From positions 6,132 to 70,131 of the IMG/VR virus record IMGVR_UViG_3300037010_003043: a DNA stretch of 64,000 nucleotides. The stretch is one strand, 5' to 3'. The translations under genes were made by a program, and so were the position numbers. This document shows positions 18,400-28,928 of this stretch, in pieces. How positions within the stretch are numbered: position 1 is the first letter of the stretch; every line of letters begins with the position of its first letter. The notes beneath the pieces are model-generated. The model was not told where the DNA came from. It made no database searches and was given only the letters and a program-made list of their open reading frames with translations. The DNA is from a virus.

Positions 18400-19221
18400 T
18401 TAAAAATTAAAAATTTTAATCCCGATCTGTAAGCCAATACCAATTTGAAAATTACTAAACCAATAATTATTAAATTTATCTTGTGATAAACCATAACCAA
18501 CATAAGGTCCTAATACTACAGAAAAAAGACTACTTTTTTTGTTATATTTATCCCAAGCATCTTTAATTTTATCATCTACCTCATAAGATTTTAAATTTAA
18601 CGATAATCCCTTTGTTTCCTTTAATGTTTTTACACCCGAAACTATTAAACCATCTTTATCTATTTTTGTATATGAAATTAAATCTAAACTATACTTAAAT
18701 GAACTCATATATGTTTCCATTTTTGAAATTTTACAATTTATTGTGTCCAAATAAGCATCTGTATAACCTTCAATATTTGCATTAAAAGATCCATCATTTA
18801 TATTATTTTTCCAAACATCTGTATAAATTGTACCTTTATCATACTGCTTTATTTTAATTTCACTAACAAGTTTTTTAATTTCATCAATTTCATATTTTAT
18901 ATTATACTCAGAAATTTCTTTTACTTTTCCTGAGATTTTTTGAGTTTCGTTATATAAATCTTTGTTAATATTTTTTAAATTTTCAACATCTGTAATTAAT
19001 GTATACTTTTCATAACTTAATTCTCCAACTTTATTTTTAATAATAAATAAAGAATCTAAAAGTGCTTTTTGATTTTGTTGATATATTTTCTTAAGTGTTG
19101 TATTATCTTCACATTGCTTTACATATAAAGAAAATAATAAAAAAATCATAGCAATTAGCAATACTGTGCGCACTAAACTATTAGATAAAATATTTTTTAA
19201 AAATGCTAATATCATGAACAA
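18400..19221 (-). CDS. Membrane-anchored coiled-coil protein, spanin-like
   Basis: N-terminal TM helix, coiled coil, C-terminal amphipathic strands GPYVGYG...GIGLQIGIKIFNF. Confidence 0.5.
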   Translation of the reverse strand: MFMILAFLKNILSNSLVRTVLLIAMIFLLFSLYVKQCEDNTTLKKIYQQNQKALLDSLFIIKNKVGELSYEKYTLITDVENLKNINKDLYNETQKISGKVKEISEYNIKYEIDEIKKLVSEIKIKQYDKGTIYTDVWKNNINDGSFNANIEGYTDAYLDTINCKISKMETYMSSFKYSLDLISYTKIDKDGLIVSGVKTLKETKGLSLNLKSYEVDDKIKDAWDKYNKKSSLFSVVLGPYVGYGLSQDKFNNYWFSNFQIGIGLQIGIKIFNF

Positions 19222-19991
19222 GTTGTTGTATTATTATATGATGTATTAGGATCGACAATTTTTGTTGTTAAAATTTTATAATCATCACCATTTTTTTCAT
19301 CACAAGAACATAAAATTAATGTTTCAAAAATATGAAATTTAATAAACGAACCTTTAAATGTTGGATCGTTCACTTCAACCAAATATTTTAATGTTAAATT
19401 TGAATCAATATTTGATTCTAAAGCTCCAAAAAATTTAAATGGTGCAAATGTAACAGGTATTAGATTTGTAGATATTCTATAACGTGGTAATGCATGTATC
19501 ACTAATGCTTCATAACCATTTTGTTTATCTAAAGTTACATTATTAAAATGTATAGCTTGTTTACTACCATCTTTATTATTTAAAATATTATTAATTAAAC
19601 TTGCATAATCTGTTCCAAATATAGTTGCCAATGTTTCAACACTGTTAAAACCATTTAAACCAATTAAAAAATCAATTGAAAAATTATTAGTTATATTATT
19701 GAAGTATATACAATTTTGATGATTGCTAGTAGAACTATCTACTATAAATTTTGTTATTTGAAATTCATCTCCTATAATAAATTGAAATTTATTAGATTCT
19801 GGTATAAATGTATAAAACGAATGTAATTGTAGATAAGTTTCGTTTGTAAGAGAATTATTATATTTATATTTATCACAAATAACTGTTGAATTTAATAAAT
19901 TATTACTTGGTAAATTATCAAAATAATTTTTTAAATTATTTTTAACATTTATTGTAATTCCGCCTTCTGATTTAATTAATACTCCACTCAT
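19212..19991 (-). CDS. Putative tail appendage protein, paralogue of 20011..20757
   Basis: Shared YxQLHSFYT, HxLPRY, KFFG, KFxIxET, CxC, DYKIxTT. Confidence 0.55.
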   Translation of the reverse strand: MSGVLIKSEGGITINVKNNLKNYFDNLPSNNLLNSTVICDKYKYNNSLTNETYLQLHSFYTFIPESNKFQFIIGDEFQITKFIVDSSTSNHQNCIYFNNITNNFSIDFLIGLNGFNSVETLATIFGTDYASLINNILNNKDGSKQAIHFNNVTLDKQNGYEALVIHALPRYRISTNLIPVTFAPFKFFGALESNIDSNLTLKYLVEVNDPTFKGSFIKFHIFETLILCSCDEKNGDDYKILTTKIVDPNTSYNNTTTCS

Positions 19992-20010
19992 TTAAATTAA
20001 AATTTTATTT

Positions 20011-20757
20011 TTAGCAATAAATCCAAGGAGTACTTGGAGTTATTATTTCAGTTGTAACAATTTTATAATCATTTTTTGTGCAATCGCACGAAACAACAGT
20101 TTCATAAATATAAAATTTAACATAATTACCACCTTGATAATATGGTGGTACTTCTACTTTAAAATTTAATTCTATATCTGTATATAGATCTGTTTCATTA
20201 TTACCAAAAAATTTATAATGAGCAAAATCATTTGTTGATTCTGTAATATCATATCTTGGTAACGAATGTAATATAATAGCATCGTAACTACTTCCTTTAT
20301 AAAATACAAGCTGTGAATTTGGATAACCAGAATCACTACTAATAAAATGGTTTAATAAATCTTCGTAATCATATTCTTTTAAAACAGTTATTAAACCCAA
20401 AATATTATTACTGTTGTTATTTAAAGCTAATAAACTATCTTTAGAAAAATTATCACTTCCTAAATTTTTATAAGTAAAACTTGTTAAATCTACATTATAT
20501 TGTCCAAATTTAACAAAAGTAGAACATTTAGAAATATGATTATCATCATTTGTAAATGCTGAATTATCATTATATATAAATTTTATATCTTTATCTGTTA
20601 AAATTGTATAAAAAGAATGAAGTTGTATATACTCTGAAGATTTATATTTAGCGCATGCTTTCAAAAAATCATTAGGAAATAAAGATAGATAATAAGAATA
20701 AATATTATTTTTAACATTAAATTTTATACTTCCTTCTATTTTTCTATTATAAGACAT
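20011..20757 (-). CDS. Putative tail appendage protein, paralogue of 19212..19991
   Basis: Same shared motifs. Confidence 0.55.
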   Translation of the reverse strand: MSYNRKIEGSIKFNVKNNIYSYYLSLFPNDFLKACAKYKSSEYIQLHSFYTILTDKDIKFIYNDNSAFTNDDNHISKCSTFVKFGQYNVDLTSFTYKNLGSDNFSKDSLLALNNNSNNILGLITVLKEYDYEDLLNHFISSDSGYPNSQLVFYKGSSYDAIILHSLPRYDITESTNDFAHYKFFGNNETDLYTDIELNFKVEVPPYYQGGNYVKFYIYETVVSCDCTKNDYKIVTTEIITPSTPWIYC

Positions 20758-20778
20758 ATTTTAATTTATTTTTTAAAT

Positions 20779-21327
20779 TTAGTACGAAGGATTAATATCA
20801 TCGCTAATAATTGTTTTTGATGGTGTATCAGGACAATAACTAGCACTATTTACACCCCATAAAGTAACATTACTTAATGCAGGTAATTTAGGATCAAATA
20901 TACCATTAGTATTAATTTCTATATTTAAATTTATACCATTAATAGTACCAAATATACCACCATTTAAAGAAGCAAATTTAACAGAACCATCAGTATTTAT
21001 TATTGCAAAATTAATATACCAAATATAACCAGAATTTGAATCAAGTATTTTACAAATGTTATTAGATGCTATCGACGGATTATCGTTATAAATATTATAA
21101 ACTTTTAAATCATGCAATAATTGATTTTCATCACCTGCACTCATAATCGTATAATAATTAGAATTAATTGATAACAAAGGAATTAAATCATATGTAATAC
21201 CATTAATAGAATTAGTAATTCTATTATTTATAGTTTCAGGTTTTATTCTATAACTAATAGCAATCATTTTATAATTTTGATAACTATTAGAAGTTTTTAT
21301 AAAATTTTTTAAATAATAATTTACCAT
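20779..21327 (-). CDS. Hypothetical protein, probably structural
   Basis: 182 aa in the operon; Asn/Ile/Ser-rich, beta-like composition. Confidence 0.45.
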   Translation of the reverse strand: MVNYYLKNFIKTSNSYQNYKMIAISYRIKPETINNRITNSINGITYDLIPLLSINSNYYTIMSAGDENQLLHDLKVYNIYNDNPSIASNNICKILDSNSGYIWYINFAIINTDGSVKFASLNGGIFGTINGINLNIEINTNGIFDPKLPALSNVTLWGVNSASYCPDTPSKTIISDDINPSY

Positions 21328-21344
21328 TTTATTTTATTTTTTTG

Positions 21345-23213
21345 TTATAATCTGAGTTGTCCTATTCTATATTTTACATCAGTATTTAGATATGATTTGC
21401 CACTATGCCCATAATAAGTTTCACTAGGTAACTTAAACGGATCGCTTATGTCGTAAAACATTGAATTTGTTTTACAGAAATAAATAACATCACCAGTTTT
21501 TATATATTGTTCGTCGAAATGTAAATCCAAATCCATACCTGTATATTCGTAATAATAACCATTTTTTTCCCAATAATTTCTAATATCTTGATAATAATGT
21601 GCATTATTACCTACACAATATAAACGTGAATCACCAATACCAGTTTCTAAACATTTTAACGATTGACATGTTGTTGTCATTGAAGAAATAGAAGTTATTC
21701 CATAACAATTTACAATATCACTAATACATTGATTATTTACTAAATCAAAATGATAACCAGTCTGACATACACAAGTACTTCCATTCCAAGACATATTAGA
21801 TATATTATTACAAGGTCCTGTTGCTCCAAAATTCCAAACACAAGTACCAGAATTACGATTAAAAGTTTTTTCTGGCGGACAAGCAATTGTTATTTGAGGA
21901 ACAAATGAACGATTATTGTTATATTGTGGAGGATCTGGGCATTTTGGAGCTTCAAATGTACGATTACCATCATATTCAACAAATGTATTACAATAACTTA
22001 TTTTTACAGTTTGACTTTGAATATTATCTTTTAAAGCATAACAAGATGTTTCATTATCTGGATCATAAATTTTACCAAAAATCTTTACTTTAAAATGATC
22101 AGGACTTGTACCCGGTTGCCATGATTGTTGAGGGACAAAAACATCAGGAAACGTTAAACTAGTTGAAACTGTATAATATTGTTGATCTTCAAGAGTAATA
22201 CCTGAAACAGTTGCACTATCAAGAGAAATTCTATTAGATTCGCCATTTCGCCAATGTTCACCTATATAATTACTTTCATCTTCTACGTTATTACAACCTA
22301 TACAATTTATTTGTCCTACTTCATAATAAGAATCTATTTTAAACCAACTTGGAATTTCATGAACAAGTGTATACTGATATTTAAAATTCATCGCTGCTTC
22401 ACCTAAAATAATTTCAGATTTGTATGTTGATGTTGGTGATAGTTGAATTGTAACTCCATCTCTTAACAATTTAAATTTTAAATATAGAGGTTCTGAATAA
22501 TTTCTAAAATTATCTAATGCATAAGCTCTTACCCAATAAAAACCATCAGGAAAAGGTTTTTCAAAAAATTTAATAAAAACATTCGCTATACCATTTTTTT
22601 GTGATACATCATATTCGTAAAATCCAACTTGATTATCTGCTAAAACATTCGAAGTAGGATCAGAAGATTCTAAAAAAATTCCATTTGAAAAAGAGCTCAC
22701 AAAACTTGAATCAGATTTATTTTTTAGTTCCACTCTTATATACTTAGTATTAGCATTACCTTTAACAGTAAATTGCATAACATTATCTTGTATATGACAT
22801 TGATCTTTAAATCTAATTTCACCAGTGTTAATATTTACAATATCACCATCATTAATACCTTTAAAATATTCTAAATTTAAATCTAAAGTAGGTACAGTTA
22901 AAGAAACAGATAATCTTAATGCTTCATAACAACCAATAATGTTACCATTAATATCTAATTTTTCTACTTCACAAATTAAAGTTCTATCACTATAAGGTAT
23001 AGTTTCAGTTGGTGCAGGTTGTTTCCAAACAACTTCTACAAATTCATTTGTGTTAGCTCCAATAATACTACCATATATTTCATTGGTTGTATTATTTAAA
23101 ATAGACCATTTAAATGAATATGCAGTTTTATCAATATAGTCACCTGTGAGTTTTTTTACAGAATAAATATTACTTTTACCAACTGTAGCGGTTGCTCTTA
23201 AATTATTAGCCAT
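21345..23213 (-). CDS. Cys-rich putative tail/adhesin protein with Ig-like and EGF/CBM14-like segments
   Basis: CPPEKTFNRNSGTCVW; C.....MSWNGSTCVCQTGYHFDLVNNQC; N-terminal PKD/Ig-like FKWSI...VEVVW. Confidence 0.5.
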   Translation of the reverse strand: MANNLRATATVGKSNIYSVKKLTGDYIDKTAYSFKWSILNNTTNEIYGSIIGANTNEFVEVVWKQPAPTETIPYSDRTLICEVEKLDINGNIIGCYEALRLSVSLTVPTLDLNLEYFKGINDGDIVNINTGEIRFKDQCHIQDNVMQFTVKGNANTKYIRVELKNKSDSSFVSSFSNGIFLESSDPTSNVLADNQVGFYEYDVSQKNGIANVFIKFFEKPFPDGFYWVRAYALDNFRNYSEPLYLKFKLLRDGVTIQLSPTSTYKSEIILGEAAMNFKYQYTLVHEIPSWFKIDSYYEVGQINCIGCNNVEDESNYIGEHWRNGESNRISLDSATVSGITLEDQQYYTVSTSLTFPDVFVPQQSWQPGTSPDHFKVKIFGKIYDPDNETSCYALKDNIQSQTVKISYCNTFVEYDGNRTFEAPKCPDPPQYNNNRSFVPQITIACPPEKTFNRNSGTCVWNFGATGPCNNISNMSWNGSTCVCQTGYHFDLVNNQCISDIVNCYGITSISSMTTTCQSLKCLETGIGDSRLYCVGNNAHYYQDIRNYWEKNGYYYEYTGMDLDLHFDEQYIKTGDVIYFCKTNSMFYDISDPFKLPSETYYGHSGKSYLNTDVKYRIGQLRL

Positions 23214-23221
23214 TATAATTT

Positions 23222-24670
23222 TTAATTTTGTTCACTTATTATTAATTCAGGACATGATGCACATTGTTCAATTGTTAATAAATCGCATAATTCATCGTCT
23301 TTGTCTTTTATAGTAGCCCATACTTGTCCTGTTATATAATACTTTTCACTATATTCTTCGTCATTATTACTAAAAATAACATTAAAAATATTATAATGAA
23401 ATTTATTTAAAATACTAAAACTATTAAAATCTGCATTACTTAATTGTTCTATTTTGAAAAATCCAAATACATCAGCACTATTTTTATCATAATTTAACTC
23501 TTCGTTTTCCATAACAGATGAAATATGCCAACCATTGGTTCTACATTTTAATGTTTCTTTATTAATAACAAAAACAATATTTCTTAATGTAAAATTATTA
23601 TATTTAGAGTTTCTTAATAATCCTATTCTAAAATCAACAAGAACCCAATTATTCATTCTTTTAAATCTTACATAAGAATCAGTTGTTATATCAACCCAAT
23701 GTTCTACATTTTGATCTGTCGGAACCAAAACAATACCTAAATTAATATCTAAATACGAAGAGCTAAAAATTTCAATATTTTTAGCATCAATAATTTCCCA
23801 CTGTTCACTTCGTTCCATTGTATCTTCCCAAATTGGAAGATAACCCTTTCTATCAGGAAAACTAACGTCATTATTTTTAGTTTGAGTATCTAAAACAAAT
23901 CCATTCGAATATTTTGATGCATAAGCATCTTTTGTATCAATAAATAATTGTTGACTAAACGGAGTTTTTCCTATTAATAATTTATCAGCAGACAGTTCAA
24001 TATCTAATAAATGATTGCTTATATCAATATTTTTTTCAGATTTGATTCTTAATCTTTCATGATTATTTGTAAGATAATCGTTTGAAATTGTAAATCCAGA
24101 TCCACATAAAAATCTAGTGTCAAATTCAATTAATTTTGAATTTTGTAAATGTATATGTTCACCCGCATAAGCATTTAATCCGCCATTAAAACCAACTCCA
24201 CAGTTTGAAATTTTTAATTTATAGTTATTAAATGAATCAGAAACCTTTATTAAAGTAAAATTTTCAATTTTACCATCATTAGCTTTAATTTGATCTTGAT
24301 TATCTGAATATAAATTTGAAAGTAATAAAGACGAATAACTATATCTATTTGAAATTACATCATTATTAAAATCAGCTGAACTATAATTTAGAGTACCTGA
24401 ATCACATTTAATAGAATTTAACGCTTGCCAATTTAAATCAGATTCTCCTGGAGGTCCTGGAGGTCCAGGTTCTCCAGGACATCCAGGCTCACCTTGAATA
24501 CCAGGAGGTCCCATAGGACCTCCACCAAATTCAGCTATTTCTTTAAAATTATTGTTTAATTTATTAACCATTATACCAATATCGTCAATATTTATATTAA
24601 TATAACTTAAATTTAATCCATCATAAAGTGGATCGATTTTTATTCTTGTATTTGAGTCGTTATCAATCAT
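23222..24670 (-). CDS. Collagen-repeat tail fibre/baseplate appendage
   Basis: KLNNNF baseplate-attachment-like motif followed by GPMGPPGIQGEPGCPGEPGPPGPPGE. Confidence 0.65.
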   Translation of the reverse strand: MIDNDSNTRIKIDPLYDGLNLSYININIDDIGIMVNKLNNNFKEIAEFGGGPMGPPGIQGEPGCPGEPGPPGPPGESDLNWQALNSIKCDSGTLNYSSADFNNDVISNRYSYSSLLLSNLYSDNQDQIKANDGKIENFTLIKVSDSFNNYKLKISNCGVGFNGGLNAYAGEHIHLQNSKLIEFDTRFLCGSGFTISNDYLTNNHERLRIKSEKNIDISNHLLDIELSADKLLIGKTPFSQQLFIDTKDAYASKYSNGFVLDTQTKNNDVSFPDRKGYLPIWEDTMERSEQWEIIDAKNIEIFSSSYLDINLGIVLVPTDQNVEHWVDITTDSYVRFKRMNNWVLVDFRIGLLRNSKYNNFTLRNIVFVINKETLKCRTNGWHISSVMENEELNYDKNSADVFGFFKIEQLSNADFNSFSILNKFHYNIFNVIFSNNDEEYSEKYYITGQVWATIKDKDDELCDLLTIEQCASCPELIISEQN

Positions 24671-24682
24671 ATTTTTATATAT

Positions 24683-27076
24683 TTAAAAATATTTTGTTGG
24701 AATTAATTTATAAATGTTAGGAAAAAATTCATAATAAAAATCAACTAAACCTGTACTACTTGATTGTGAAAAATTATTATTGTTATCGATGTCTAAAATA
24801 ACGAAATCATTTAAATATTCAAATTCGACAATTTCATTTTTAACTTTAATAGGTTCTTCTAAATAATTAGAATAATTTTTAACCGAAGATCCAAAATTAA
24901 ATAATTTTAATTTTGTCCATTTATTATTATTAAAAATAATCTCATCACCATTTAAATTTTCAATAGCCCAATCTTTTAATATAGAAAATCTTGAAGTATT
25001 ATTTGTTATATTTCCACCAGAAAAATAATACCAATTAGTTCTATTTCTTGAAAATATTGGTTCACCAAAATCATCATAATAAGTAATATTTTGTAAAAAA
25101 ATATCGTTTATTTTAAATTTACTTGAATCAAAATTTAAATTATTAAAATTAAAACGTATTCTTGCAAACGTTTCATTAGGTGTTACTATAATTATTTTAT
25201 TTTGTTGAATATATGCTTTTAGAAAAGTGGTATTAAAGTTATTTATTTCATTTACAATAGAATTTATAACATTATTTAAAGTACCTGTATTGTCAAAATA
25301 TCGATAATTAAATGATTTTTGAATATATTTAATAGATATATTTTTAATAGTTTTACATTTATAAAAAAATTCACCATTATAATCTAAAACATAAATATAA
25401 GAAACGCCATTTTTATATTCATATCTAATAATTTCAAATTCTATATTTTTAAAATATTCTGTTGTTAAATAAACCATATTACCTTCTTCGAGTCGATGAA
25501 AACCATCAACAGCTATTATACCTATTATTGAATTGTGTGATCTTTCAAAATTAAATTTACAACTATCAATTTCTAAAATATAATCTTTTAATTCTCCAGA
25601 AGAATTTCTGGAACAACATTTAGAACTATTTGCAATTAATCTAAATCTTTGATTATAAACATTTATTTCTATATAATCTGATGAATTAAAATATCTATTA
25701 TCGCTTTTTAAATCTTCAAACGAAAATATTATATTATTATCTGAATAAGAATTCAATTCTTTATATTTCGCAGATTTGTTACTGGGTAAAATATCTATAA
25801 AATTATTAAAATCAACAAAAGGCTTTATAATTTCGATATTTTGATTATCAAAATAAAAATTATTTATATTATAAAAATTACCATTTTTGTCACTTATTAC
25901 AAAAAGATCATTTGTTATAAAATTTTTATCTATATTATAGTTTGTAATAAAACCGTATTCGTCAATCCAAGATTTGTATCCAGGTGATATATTATCAATA
26001 GTGTATTTTTTAGGCACCCAATCACCATATACTGTTTCATATTCCGTCTTCATAACATAACTATATTCACCATCTGTATCACTAATTATTTCACTTGGAT
26101 ATATTGTACATTCTTCTAAATTATTATAAAAACCATAATCAGAATCTGTTTCAATTATATTAAAATTAAAATTGTTTTCATTAATGTAACTATATGGTAA
26201 AATTATATGATTATTGTCAGATTTTATTTCATAAGAGTTATTTGAGTTGAAGTCTAAATCTTTTATATTTAGATTAAATCTACTATTTATATCTTCTTTA
26301 TTAAATTTTAATATACTTATTTGATCTTTATTAAAAAAAGCTCCAAATAAATAAGCTGTATTGTATTCTGTATCAAAATAAAATTCAAAATTAAAAATTT
26401 TTGGTGAAATATATTTATTAGTTTTAAAATAATTATAAATAAATGTATCGTCTATAGTATTACTAGGAATGTCAATAGTCTTAATTTCGCGATAACCATT
26501 AAAATTTATAATATTAAACTCTAATTTATTATCTACTTGTTTAAATATCTGTTCAGGTGCATTTGTTGAAATATAGTTTAATAAAGAATTAAAATTTTCA
26601 CCAGAATTAAAAATAATTTCAGAATCTTTTAATGTATATTTTATTAAATTATCATTTAAACCATTTGAGTTTATAACATTACTTAATTTAGGAGAATAAA
26701 ATATTATAAACTGTGAAGGTGGTAAATCGTTAGAAAAAATAAGAGAAGTTTTATATTTAAAACCTTTATTTGTTTTAGAACTTATATTTTTAGATACATT
26801 ATTTAAATATTGAGTAGAATCACTTAATATTTCAAATAATTTTTCACTTTCGTTATTTGCAATAAGTTTATCATAAAAAGAATAAAAAGAAAGATCTAAT
26901 TTATAAAAATTATCTTTGTTTATATTAATAAAAATATCATCTTTAATAGAATCAGAACTATAATTAGATAAATAAATTAAATCATCTATTACTTTAAATG
27001 TGATATTAGCTGTTAGACTATTAATAGATGATTTTAATGTTATATTTTCGTTTTTATTTAAAAATTCAGTAAGCAT
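24683..27076 (-). CDS. Putative structural protein
   Basis: 797 aa in the baseplate operon. Confidence 0.45.
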   Translation of the reverse strand: MLTEFLNKNENITLKSSINSLTANITFKVIDDLIYLSNYSSDSIKDDIFININKDNFYKLDLSFYSFYDKLIANNESEKLFEILSDSTQYLNNVSKNISSKTNKGFKYKTSLIFSNDLPPSQFIIFYSPKLSNVINSNGLNDNLIKYTLKDSEIIFNSGENFNSLLNYISTNAPEQIFKQVDNKLEFNIINFNGYREIKTIDIPSNTIDDTFIYNYFKTNKYISPKIFNFEFYFDTEYNTAYLFGAFFNKDQISILKFNKEDINSRFNLNIKDLDFNSNNSYEIKSDNNHIILPYSYINENNFNFNIIETDSDYGFYNNLEECTIYPSEIISDTDGEYSYVMKTEYETVYGDWVPKKYTIDNISPGYKSWIDEYGFITNYNIDKNFITNDLFVISDKNGNFYNINNFYFDNQNIEIIKPFVDFNNFIDILPSNKSAKYKELNSYSDNNIIFSFEDLKSDNRYFNSSDYIEINVYNQRFRLIANSSKCCSRNSSGELKDYILEIDSCKFNFERSHNSIIGIIAVDGFHRLEEGNMVYLTTEYFKNIEFEIIRYEYKNGVSYIYVLDYNGEFFYKCKTIKNISIKYIQKSFNYRYFDNTGTLNNVINSIVNEINNFNTTFLKAYIQQNKIIIVTPNETFARIRFNFNNLNFDSSKFKINDIFLQNITYYDDFGEPIFSRNRTNWYYFSGGNITNNTSRFSILKDWAIENLNGDEIIFNNNKWTKLKLFNFGSSVKNYSNYLEEPIKVKNEIVEFEYLNDFVILDIDNNNNFSQSSSTGLVDFYYEFFPNIYKLIPTKYF

Positions 27077-27079
27077 TTT

Positions 27080-28921
27080 TTATTGTTTGTTTTGCAAAAC
27101 TAATACTTGTTCTTTTAAACTTTTTATATCGTCATTTAAAGTTTGAATTGTTGGAAGTTGAGAATAAAAAACAATATATTTTAAAACTATAGCTAATAAA
27201 CTATCCAATAATTTAATTTCAGAATTATAATTATCAACATCCGCTTCTATTATAGATACATTTGACCATTCAGAAGCAATATTTTTTTCAAAAATCTTTC
27301 TATATTTAAATTGAATTTCATCACCAATATTAGCATTAACAAAAACAACATTTAATGGATTATCATTATCATTTATATTATCAAAATTATTATCAGCGCC
27401 TGAATATCTTTCGTAAGTTTCAACTATATTCCAATTTGAATAAGTACCATCAATTATTTTATATCTAAAAGCAAATTGATATTTAATTATATTTAATTTA
27501 ATATCTGGTACTGCACCTGCATCTAAAGTAAATTTTATTTTTAATCCAAAATTTAATTTAGATTTTAAGTCAATGATTTTAGCTTGATAACCTTGTAACA
27601 AATTTAATTCGCCTTTTGAATCTGCTGTAATTGTAGAAAAATCACAACTATTATTAGTAACATTTGTAGTAATTTCTTTATTTAATGTATCTATTTCAGA
27701 AAATAAATTAATATTTCCTATTGAAATTATATCATATTTTGGATCAGTTGGTATATGTTTATACACAGCAGAATAATCATTATTTATAGTTGAATTAGTA
27801 TTACTATCTTCTATTTTAACAGTATCAGTTAAAAATTTAGAAAAATCTTTAATATGTGAATTATAAAATTCAGAGACCGTTATAAATGCACTACCATCAC
27901 TATCTTGTATTAATAAATCATCATCATTTAAAAATATACCATAACCAAAATCTTTAGATATTACATTATTAATAGGATCTATAGGTTTAATAAAAATGAA
28001 TGTATATTCCGAAACACCAATTGTTACTTCTAATTCTTTTAAATCAGAAACATCATTAACTAAATTTAAAACACCTTCTATTTTTAAATTAGAAAAACCT
28101 TGAATTTTTAATAATTTTACTATATTATTAGATTGTCCATTTTTTGAACTATTATCGATAGAAAAAATTTTATATAAATTAGAATTGTTATAGACCAATT
28201 GCGAATTTGTATAGATATTGTCAATATTTTTTAATTTAACAACATCGTATGCAATACCTCCTGATATTTCAACAGGTAAAATATCTGTTATTGTAAATTC
28301 AGATTCATTTGTAATTTCAATTGGAGTTAATCGGTTAATTTCAATATTTTCATAATATGTAATCTTGTCATTTTTAAGTTTTTGTATTAAATCATCGTGT
28401 TTTGTAATATTAGAATAAGTATTAATAGAAAAACCTTTTGGTTGATTATCTTTCTTTTTAATTGTTATTTTTTTTACTAAAACTTCTTTTAAATCACTAT
28501 TAATATTTGTATTTTTTATTAATTCATCAATATCTAATTTAACATAAATTAATGGATTTAAAAGATTTTCAAAAAAGTAATTTGGCTTAAAAAACGCATT
28601 ATTTACATCTAAACTTTTTATATTTATTTTATCTAATTTTATAGCTGGTAAAGGTTTATTGTCAAATATTATAGGTCTATTTTTATCACTACTGACAAAG
28701 TTATTAACTATATTTTCTAAACTTTCAATTTTATTATTTATAAATCTAAATGATGGTAATTTAAATGTAAATGAATTTCCATCAACGACGGAACTAAATG
28801 AAGTTTCATTAGAATCTGAAGTCATAGATTCTGTAATACCTAACAAAATATTCAAAGTTTCTTGATGAAGTAATACAAAATCATTTAAAATTTTTGATAT
28901 TGAATTATAAGTGTTGCTCAT
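27080..28921 (-). CDS. Putative structural protein with C-terminal FN3-like segment
   Basis: YQFAFRY...YSNW...IQFKYR...SEWS; terminal coiled coil. Confidence 0.45.
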   Translation of the reverse strand: MSNTYNSISKILNDFVLLHQETLNILLGITESMTSDSNETSFSSVVDGNSFTFKLPSFRFINNKIESLENIVNNFVSSDKNRPIIFDNKPLPAIKLDKINIKSLDVNNAFFKPNYFFENLLNPLIYVKLDIDELIKNTNINSDLKEVLVKKITIKKKDNQPKGFSINTYSNITKHDDLIQKLKNDKITYYENIEINRLTPIEITNESEFTITDILPVEISGGIAYDVVKLKNIDNIYTNSQLVYNNSNLYKIFSIDNSSKNGQSNNIVKLLKIQGFSNLKIEGVLNLVNDVSDLKELEVTIGVSEYTFIFIKPIDPINNVISKDFGYGIFLNDDDLLIQDSDGSAFITVSEFYNSHIKDFSKFLTDTVKIEDSNTNSTINNDYSAVYKHIPTDPKYDIISIGNINLFSEIDTLNKEITTNVTNNSCDFSTITADSKGELNLLQGYQAKIIDLKSKLNFGLKIKFTLDAGAVPDIKLNIIKYQFAFRYKIIDGTYSNWNIVETYERYSGADNNFDNINDNDNPLNVVFVNANIGDEIQFKYRKIFEKNIASEWSNVSIIEADVDNYNSEIKLLDSLLAIVLKYIVFYSQLPTIQTLNDDIKSLKEQVLVLQNKQ

Positions 28922-28928
28922 TTATGTT

